The notes below the pieces were generated by a model. That model searched no databases. It worked only from the letters and a program-made list of their open reading frames with translations, and was not told where the DNA came from. A stretch of DNA of 64,000 nucleotides from Eledone cirrhosa (lineage: Eukaryota): NCBI GenBank assembly GCA_964016885.1, contig OZ024744.1, forward strand, positions 59,210,001 through 59,274,000, written 5' to 3'. Both the position numbers and the translations under genes were made by a program. The stretch's first letter is position 1. Every line of letters starts with the position of its first letter. Below are positions 55,012 through 64,000 of this stretch, in pieces.

Positions 55012-55078
55012 CTGTCTCAAAAATAATAAATGACAAAAAAAAAAAAAAAAATCAGTTATTATACCAGTGTTTTTTTAA

Positions 55079-55394
55079 CCCTTTAGCATTTACAATCCCG
55101 CCGAGGTTAACTTTGCCTTTCATCCTTACAGGGTCTATAAAATAAAGTACCAGTAATGTACTGGGTAATTGCTGGCCTTGTGCCTAAAATAGAAACAATT
55201 ACTCTATATTTACCATTATATTTTCACGGTAACGGCTTTATCTCTCATAATTATATTATATAATATCGAATCTATGAGATTTTGATATTTATTTTGAGAA
55301 CGATATCTTAACATCAGTATGAGGTTACAGCCGGTTTGAACAGAAAGAGGTGAGAGAATTCTGGCCAGATATGGCCAGTTTAAATGCTAAAGGG
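55079..55394. mobile_element. piggyBac-like MITE with a nested SINE S2 fragment (~55095-55200)
   Basis: TTAA|CCCTTTAGCATTTA ... TAAATGCTAAAGGG|TTAA. Confidence 0.78.
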
Positions 55395-55463
55395 TTAATG
55401 TGAGACACACACTCTGCTGGTGGGTATGGCAGTAGTTTGGTAGGATATGTAATTTCCAAACAG

Positions 55464-55504
<41 letters not shown>

Positions 55505-55821
55505 TATGCTATATACTATATTATAAACTAAGTTTGTCTGATCATGGTATGGCACTCATTTTTTTTTTCAACTGAACTTGACCATGGGACAAAAAAGGTT
55601 GGAAAACACAAGTCTAGACTGTGGCCTTGTTGGGGCACTGCCGTAAGTCAATAATATCAACCCCAATTCTTTTTTATTTTTCATGTCATGTACTTATTTT
55701 ATCAATCATTTTCTGTAGAACAACCAAATTACAGGATATAAACACAGAAACACAGAAGACACAGGCACAAACATAAACAAAGACGTGGACTGGGTGCTTT
55801 TTGTTGTGGCACCTACACAAC

Positions 55822-55859
<38 letters not shown>

Positions 55860-55940
55860 TGACCTCTGGCGTCATGCAGTAATACAGAAGACCCGACTTC
55901 CCACAGGGACAAGCCGAAGCTGAAGCATATAGACAATATA

Positions 55941-56468
55941 TTGGGTGTATGTGTTTTGGTTTTTGTATTCTATCTTTGTTTACTTATGTGTGTTTATATG
56001 AGTTTGTTGTTATTGTACTTGTGTATTTATTTATTTATATTTCTCTTAAGTCAGTATTGTTTGTTTGGGTATGGTTGTTATTATTGTTATTCCATTCGTT
56101 TTTTCTGTTTAACTTTGGTCTTCTAAGCTCTATTTCACTTGCTTCTCTGATTTACCTACCTGTTGAGTCATTTCTATGTTTAGATATTATTTTAATTTCT
56201 ATGTTGTCTATATTACCGTCATGTCTTTGTCTGGCGTGTTCGTATAGTGCTGAACCGTTTTTTTGTCCTTTTAATTCCTCCTAGTGTTGGTCTATTCTTT
56301 CTCCTATGCTTCGAGCTGTCTCACCTATGTATGTTGTTGACATGTTTCTGCAAGTACCCTCTGTACATCTTATGCTATAGACTACATTTCTAGTTTTACA
56401 GTTTATCTGGGGGTTCACTTTACATATAACACATTTCTTATTAGTACAGTGGGTTTTCTTAAAGGGGG
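55941..56468 (-). mobile_element. Penelope-like fragment of another family (Cys-rich linker, start of GIY-YIG)
   Basis: HCTNKKCVICK...NCKTRNVVYSIRC...YIGETARSIGERI..H. Confidence 0.75.
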
Positions 56469-56675
56469 TATATATATATAGATAAATATATATACACACA
56501 TACATATGTATATATATAATAATAATACTGAGGTGAAGTCATCAGATAGGACCTATATATATATATAAATATATATATATATCCCAAACATCAAACAAAT
56601 TAAAGTATAAAGAAAAAAATACAAAGAATAAAAATTATTTTAAAAATATATAAATAATAAATGAGTTGGTCATAC

Positions 56676-56753
56676 CAATTATCAACAGTTCGCCAATCAG
56701 TGAAGATTCCACCTGTAGCTTGAGCTCCACATTCAATGATATGACCTGCAAGG
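56676..56753 (-). CDS. AtuA/DUF1446-like exon 2 ([26 protein letters not shown])
   Basis: tttcag|C...AATTG|gtatga; 78 nt; contains the AtuA signature AGHxxECGAQxTGGxFTDW. Confidence 0.93.
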
Positions 56754-56824
56754 CTGAAATTTAAAGGATACATCATCATCATCATCTTTTAAAGTCTGCT
56801 CTTCCATGATGGCATGGGTTACAT

Positions 56825-57272
56825 CAGAAGTTCTCAAAGTGGGTGCTATCGCCAGTGGGAGGGGAGGCATTGGGAAGGTCCAGGACGGTGCTGGGGCCCC
56901 AGGGTACAGTACAGATGATATAATAGTATATTAAATATCAAATGATACATATTATATATAAATATAATAAAATAAAAAATATATATATTTATTTATACAT
57001 AGTATATATTATATTATTTATTATAGGTTAACTTTGCCTTTTATCCTTCCGGGGTCGATAAAATAAAGTACCAGTAATGCACTGGGTAATTGCTGGCCTT
57101 GTGCCAAAAGTAGAAACAATTATTTATTATATATAAAGTAAATATTTTATTTATTATATATTATTTACAATTTGCAGTCAGACAGGTCTCTCTGGAAATA
57201 GGGGTGGGGCGTGCTGAAGGTATTATGTGCCCATAAGGTGGGGCGGTGGCCCAAAAAGATTGAGAACCTCTG
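56825..57272. mobile_element. hAT-like MITE with a nested SINE S2 fragment
   Basis: TIRs CAGAAGTTCTCAA / TTGAGAACCTCTG; 8-bp TSD ggttacat/ggttagat (one mismatch); interrupts an older (GAT)n-tailed retroelement end. Confidence 0.75.
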
Positions 57273-59879
57273 GGTTAGATGGATCATTACTTAATTGGAG
57301 CTACTGTCCTTGCAGATTAGATGAGGGTCAGATTTGAGCACGACGTAGTCACTTGTCATATCTCGGAGGAAAGTAACTCCAATTAAGGACTGTCTTGGTC
57401 TGAAACAACCTGTCCAACTCATGCCTGCATTCGAGAATGGTCATTAAATAATAATGGTGATGCACACTCACATATTTATAGTGAAATAAAATTTTCCAAG
57501 TTAACTGATATGTTTTTATATTAACGAGAGAGAGAGAGAAATTGTTTCAAGCCCCAAGACATTTACTAACTATATTAGAGTTAATCAGGGGTGCTATAAG
57601 GTAAACCAATAAGGAACCAGGCAGTAAGAGTGGAATTACTATTTCAGAATATTTCATCTACAGAATGAGTAACTTATATTACTTATCTGTCTCAACCCTT
57701 TAAGTCAGATACAATTTCTTTCTCTGAAAGAATCTGAGCATAAAAATAATGTCTGTCTGAGGAATGAAGAAACTTCCAGACTTCAAGGCTCTCTTTCTCT
57801 TCCATCATCATAATCATCAAGATCTCATATTCATTTTACCATGCTAGGTTTATATATATGTATATGTGTATGTAAGGTTTATATATGAATATGTACATGT
57901 AATATATACTCCAGAGAAGACAGACATTAAATAATGGTTATTATTACTATTATTATTATAAAGGTAGTGGATTGGCAGTATTCGTAGAGGGTCGGATGCC
58001 ATGCTTTGACACATAGAGTTACGGCCCTTGCCATTCAGAGTTCAAATTCCGCCGAGGTTAACTTTGCCTTACAGGGTCGATAAAATAAAGTACCAGTAAT
58101 CCACTGGGTAATTGCTGGCCTTGTGCCAATTATTACTATTATTTTATGTTTCATTGAGTGAGTAATTGCACAGATTCTCTTTGGCTTACTTCATTACCCA
58201 AAATTACTCCGACTCCCAGTTAGTAAATTTGTATCTGAATGTAAGTTGAACGTTTTTTATATTTCTAATGTAGTTTGATTTTATATGTTTTTTTACAAGT
58301 CATTTTGTTTCTTATTTCATTTGACTGGATGAAGGACGACAGCTGCATAAAATGGTGCAGAGCACTCAAAGTCAAGGCAAGCCTTGAAGTGGGAAGACCC
58401 AGGAAGACTTGGGATGAGGTGATAAAAGCTGACTTTGTTCAATTGCACCTCTCAAAGGCAATGACACACAACCAAGATCTCTGGCATTATGCAGTAAATC
58501 AGAAGACCCAACTTCCCACAGGTAGTCAGAAACTATAAGGAAGTTCAGTGTGTGTGTGTATGTGTGTCAGTCTGTCTGTCTCTTCTCTGCTAGTGCAGGT
58601 AATAATTGTTTCTACTTTTAGCACAAGGCCAGCAATTACCCAGTGTATTACTGGTACTTTATTTTATCGACCCCGTAAGGATGAAAGGCAAAGTTTAACC
58701 TCGGCGGGATTTGAACTCAGAATGGCAAGGGTCGTAACTCTACGCGTCAAAGCATGGCGTCCGACCCTCTACCGATACTGCCAATCCATCGCCCTTTAGT
58801 GCATTACCTAGTGCAGGCAATAATAATCCATTAATCTGTTGACATTCCATGGAAACAGAGATTCTAAGGTTCAGCAGTTAGCCATAGGAAGATCTGTACT
58901 TAACATATGCATCACAAAATGAAAATGGTTTTAGAATTCAACCTTAAATGTTTCATTCAATCTATGCAGCATGGACAAAACTGATGATGATGGTTTGGTG
59001 TTGGTTGTGGTAGTAGTTGATGGTGGTGGATGATGGTGAGGAAGATGACAATTATGAAAATGGTGGTAGTGGTGGTGCTGATGGTGATAATGATGAAGGT
59101 AGTAGTGGTGGTGATGATGATAGTAGTAGTGGTCATTTTCCTTGTCACTAACATTGTTATCATCATCATGATGGTATACTACAGTTCTCTTAAGATTCCA
59201 ACCAAAATCTTTATCTCTATGTGTGTGTATATTTACCAACTGTATCTATGAAGGCTTGTGATGTAGTGGTTAGGGTCTTTGGTTCATAACTGTATCACAA
59301 TGAATTAAATTCCCAGTGGTGCATTGTGTCCTTGAACAAAGCAGTTTATTTCATGTTGCTCCATTCCACTCAAAATGAGTTGTACCTGTAAATCCAAAGG
59401 GCTAGCTTTGTTATGCACTGAACCTCCTTGGAAACTATGGAATGTTCAGCTACTTACATGCTAATCTTATAAGTAGGCTGTTCTATTTTTTTAATCAACT
59501 GAAACATTTATCATAAGCACCAATAACGGCCCAACTACCAACACACATACATATATTAATATATATATAGTGCTCAGTCCACACAGAAAATGAGGTTGGT
59601 GTTAAAATGGGCATCCTGCTGTAGAAATCAAGCCAAAATCAGTTCTGTATGAGCAAGACATGGTCATCTGACCTAGCATTTCTCACAACAGGACAACTTG
59701 TCTAACCCATGGTAGCATGGAAAAATGGGCATTAAATGGTGATGATATATATATATATATAAATATATGTTTGTGTCATGCAGCTCCCTTACCCTGAAAA
59801 CCAAGGAGAAGAGAAAAACATGCAAACACACTCATACAGCTCCCTTCCTATCAAGTATGATACCTCAAGTTTGCCACTA

Positions 59880-60550
59880 TAAATGTTGGAACAATGAAAG
59901 GTAAGTGTGGTGAAATTAGAGAGGAGACTAGTAGATCTGTACTGTGTGCAAGAAGTGAGGTGAAGGAGTGATTTGGCCAGATTCATTATATGCAAGGAGC
60001 ACTGGTACAAATTCATCTGGGCGAGTAGCAACAATGGGTTGGGTAACGTAGGTATACTTCGAGCTAAGAGATGGGTAAACTAGGTAATTGAGTTAGTCAA
60101 GGTGTATGATAGAATAATTAAACTCTTTGGGCAATACAACAGCCTCTATACTATGCTTGTGTGTGAACTGCAATGCTACATAGCAGTGAAATGTGGGCTT
60201 TAACTGCAGATGACCTGCTGAGGCTAGAAAGAAAGGAATTAAGCATGTTTCCGATGGATGTGTAATGTTGGTGTGCATGGATGACATAGCATAAGAAAAC
60301 TGAAAGAAAACTTGGCATAAGAGGAATTGGATGTAGTGTGTAAGAGAGAAGACTGTTGGTAAAGACATGTAATTTGTATTGAAGATAGCAGCTGCATAAA
60401 CAAATGCAGAAAAACCCCAGTGGCTGGGACTCATGGAAGAGAGAAACCCCGGAAGACTTAGGATGAGATTGTGAAGACCAACCTTAAAAAAATAAACTTC
60501 ACAACACAAATGACAAAGAACTGCAAGGGCTGGCACTATACTCTGCTGAT
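59880..60550 (+). mobile_element. Old degenerate RTE fragments (APE piece fused to a 3' piece)
   Basis: Remnant gtgcaagaagtgaggtg (VQE.RW-like) and gatggatgtgtaat (RWMCN-like) motifs. Confidence 0.55.
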
Positions 60551-61515
60551 GAAGAGCCAGCCAATAGCATACAATGTGGCCCGGCTTATCCTCTTCCACT
60601 AGCACTCCCTAGAAGTTATCCTCACCATTACTGCGCAGCCCCACTCCATCTATGCCTCCTACAATATCACTCCTTAGCTGCTTTTCCTCGAAAAACCTTT
60701 AGATTCTTTCTCTATCACACCTATTAACTCTCTTCACCTCTATGCATCTCACCCATGCTCCCTCCAGTAACACTTCTCTCTGCCACTAAACTTCCCTTCC
60801 CAGCACTGATGAGTGTTATTCCCCCAACCCTCACCCTGTGCTATTGACCACACCATCCACACACCCCACCACTACTTCTGCTTAGGTATTCTCACCACCA
60901 CATCCATTCCCCCAATGCTATCAAGTCACCCCTTCCCTATCCCCACTCATCACCTTCCTGTCAGATCACACCAGATTTACCATAACTTATTTATAATTTA
61001 TTTCCCTTCTATCACTCCCACCCAACCCCCACAAAGCAGAGAGGGCACTTCCATTGAGACAAGGACCAACAACCTCTCTAACGTTGGCGCCATAAAAATG
61101 CACCTGGTACACCCTGTAAAATAGTTGGTGAGATAAATAAAGTTCCAGTCCAGAAGTGGTGGATTGGTGCAATTGTTAAAAAGTTAGAAGGGATGCTTTA
61201 TGGTATTTTATAACCTACCTCTGAACTTTCTGAGATTAAATGTTGCCACCTACTGCCAAATGTTGTGACCAGTAGATATCAGCAATGGAAAACCATGGAC
61301 AATCGGTTCATTTTGTTCTATATGTATAAGAAGTAAAGCTTCTGCTAGGAGTTGCGACTGGCAGATAGTACGAACAATGAAAAGACTAATGGAAACATAA
61401 TTTCTTAGGCCCAATCTGACAATTATCTCCTTTTAGTATAAGCAGTGACACTTCTGCAGGAAAACAGTATCAGCAATGGCAAGACCAATGAAAACATTAT
61501 TTCCTTAATCTGATA

Positions 61516-61710
61516 AAGGGTGGTGGATTGGCAGTATCGGTAGAGAGTCGGACGCCATACTTTGCAGCAAAGAGTTACTGCCCTTGCCATTCTGAGTTCA
61601 AATCCCGCCGAGGTTAACTTTGCCTTTCATCCTTACGGGGGTCAATAAAATAAAGTACCAGTAATACACTGGGTAATTGCTGGCCTTGTGCCAAAAGTAG
61701 AAACAATTAT
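61516..61710 (+). mobile_element. SINE family S2 (~195 bp), representative copy
   Basis: B-box-like GAGTTCAAATC and central gcctttcatccttacggggtc.ataaaataaagtaccag; other copies near 540-660, 13015-13140, 31480-31640, 33064-33290, 46940-47112, 57960-58135 and 58600-58795. Confidence 0.8.
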
Positions 61711-61861
61711 TTCCTTAATCTGAGAATGATGGTTGGCTACTTTTGTTTTTATTAGTAATTTGAAATTTTCGATCAGGTAAATGGAAGAAAAAAAAAGAAA
61801 GAAAGAAAAAAAAATACAATTGGAAAATTAGAAATCTGAATAAAAAGTGATTATTTCTCAC

Positions 61862-61905
61862 CTGGCTGAAGCAAACTGGTTCAAGTCAGAATTATTGTAT
61901 TTAAA
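61862..61905 (-). CDS. AtuA/DUF1446-like host gene, internal exon 1 of 12 seen (FKYNNSDLNQFASA-S)
   Basis: acag|TTT...GCCAG|gtgag; 44 nt, ends in phase 2 and joins the next exon to give ...[11 protein letters not shown], matching the AtuA motif context. Not in the ORF track. Confidence 0.8.
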
Positions 61906-62512
61906 CTGTTTAGAAGAAAGAAAGAATTATTAATTACACATCTAAAGTTGAAGTAGGTGAAGGCGTGTAACCTAATCCTTAGGTTGATGGGCTCACTATC
62001 GTAAGTTTGTGGGTTCAAATCTCTAACTGAGTGGCACACTGTGTCCGTGGGCAAGGCACTTCCTTTTACATTACTTTAGTTCATTCAGCTGAATATGAGT
62101 ACCAGCAATAGCACATAGGATGTTGGGGCTGGCTTCTCCATGTGATAAACTGATGTCACATTCAGGTTGCTTCCTATATTTAAAAGAAAAATTGCTTCCT
62201 AGAATTAAAACTTCAATCACAGTATACCATGAAAATTTGGCTAAGCCTTCACAGTCCCCTCCAAAATCGCTTTGCTGTCGCATACGAGACTGCGGACCCC
62301 AGTTTGGGAACCACTGCTGAAGTCATCATTAAATGTAAGAGGAAAGTGGCTGAGTGAGATATTCTGTTAGGTATTTTGAGATAAGGCAATATATATTTTT
62401 TTAATAACCTCCAATACTAAGCACAGACATGGCACCTTAAGCAAGTGTCTTCTTGGGTTGACCAGTACCTTTTGATTAAAGCTTGGTAAACAGAAGCTGT
62501 GAAGAAGCCTGT

Positions 62513-62549
<37 letters not shown>

Positions 62550-62619
62550 TTACATTTAGCCTTTTTGTTTTGTTTTTTTTGTATAACTTAGCAGTTTGAA
62601 ATAAGTACCAGACACACTT

Positions 62620-63409
62620 ATGTAACACAACAATTTAACCACGGCCTGGCAACACTTCAGCCAGTAGACCGTGCCTCCTGAAAATCTTAATTCGTTTGTT
62701 TTATTTCTCTAGGCATACCAGCTCTACTCAACCTTTGTTAATAAATAACATAAAAACAAGCTAAAGTCGTTGTCGACATTCCTATCATAACTTTCTACCA
62801 AACTGGTTACTCATGTTGCTATAACTATTACATCACTACTTCTATAACTCTGCTAAACTGGTAACTATAATAGGACTACTACATCTATATAATACTGCTA
62901 AGATGGAGGAGTATATAAGTATGAAATGCTCCTTTAAAATATATATATACATCAACCACACATTCCTGTTAAAAGTGGTGGCACAGAAAAAAGAAAAAAA
63001 AAAAATTAGCAGTGATGTATATAAATGTAATAGGGCCACGTGTGTCATAATAATGATGTCAACAGCAGAAATAAGAGATGAAATGTATGTTCATTTTGCT
63101 GTAGCACAAAGTAATGTTTGTTAAATTGTATAGTTGAAGTTAAACATAAAAGGGTTACAAAAGGAATGTGGCATTGTGCCAGGCCCAAGGAAGGCCGACA
63201 TGCCAAAGTGCAAATCTCACTGTTACATATTGTTTGTGTTGGTCCTTCGGCGTTCAAGCAGCAAGAGAGAGATTTCTCGAATCGGCGCGGGAATTTTCCC
63301 TGCAGGGCGCGTAGAAATACATTCTCCTCCGCTGGCGGTCATTGGCTGGGCTGAGCCAAATAACGCACGGAGAATGTATGTGAGCCCGCGGAATGTAGGT
63401 CACTACAAA
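62620..63409. mobile_element. Non-autonomous DNA transposon fragment: interior plus right long TIR
   Basis: Ends ...gagaatgtatgtgagcccgcggaatgtaggtcactacaaa, the reverse complement of the sequence starting at 52624. Confidence 0.7.
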
Positions 63410-64000
63410 ATCAAGCTTTTGAGTAACTAGTTTTACCTAGTATCTTGTAATTAAGGTGGTGAGATTGGCAGAGTCATTAGAATGTCAGATAGAATGTTTT
63501 ACAGTATTTGTTCCAGCTCTCTGCACTCTGAGTTCAAATCCTGTTGATGTCAACTTTGCTTTTCATCATTTTTAGGTCAATAAATAAAATACTCAGGTTG
63601 ATATTTCTTCTTTTTTTTTTCTAACTTTCTCTCTCTCTGTCACCTCTCTTTGGAAGAAATTAGCTATGTTCAGACATGGAGAGGGATGGGCTCCACCAGG
63701 TTTAAAATGCATCTATGTCTCCATCAGAAGTTAAGGCTCCATGGATGGTATGTCATGGAGATAGTAATTGCAGCATCTAGTGAAGATTCAACAATTTCTA
63801 TTGTTGTCATTGTCATTGTGTTTTATCCAATCCCTTGGGAAAGTGAAGCTTTGATGAAGCATTGATTTCATTAATTTTTATATTAGCTGTTTTACTATAA
63901 GTTGCCGCTTCTATTGGAAGTTGATACTGTCAGTCAATTGCCACACTTGGCAGAAGGATGTAGGATTTGAACTAAAAATGCATGGAGTCTAATTAGATAC

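Noticed and set aside
57750-57782. Hammerhead-like CTGAGGA...GAAA with GTCTG/CAGAC flanks
   Set aside because: No formable stem II or III. The CTGANGA hits near 38570 and 56540, and the CTGAGAA near-match at 7710, also lack a properly placed GAAA half.

Overview
Eukaryotic, AT-rich, repeat-dense genomic DNA, most likely from an octopus or other coleoid cephalopod (inferred from the SINE/RTE repertoire and abundant (TA)n, (CAT)n and (AAAC)n microsatellites). Nearly the whole window lies inside one minus-strand host gene encoding an AtuA/DUF1446-family (acyclic terpene utilisation-like) protein. I traced 12 internal exons (61905 down to 2684; 1185 nt, 395 codons) with consistent splice phases, one of them ending in a GC donor. 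The first and last exons were not found and probably lie outside the window. The 25-kb intron 2775-28010 is a mosaic of young RTE-clade LINE fragments (with a PHD-like finger after the RT), Penelope-like elements (RT plus C-terminal GIY-YIG, inverted pseudo-LTR pieces) and tRNA-derived SINEs, often joined by (TA)n tracts. Most notable: two canonical-core type I hammerhead ribozyme motifs on the host transcript strand inside that intron (13342-13407, 15428-15497); a two-copy hammerhead-like motif with a CAGAAGA core; an 82-bp tandem array whose unit is built from consecutive hairpins; a ~140-nt near-perfect hairpin; and several kb-scale inverted repeat pairs that could form dsRNA in the pre-mRNA. 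All assignments come from reading the sequence by eye; no searches were run.
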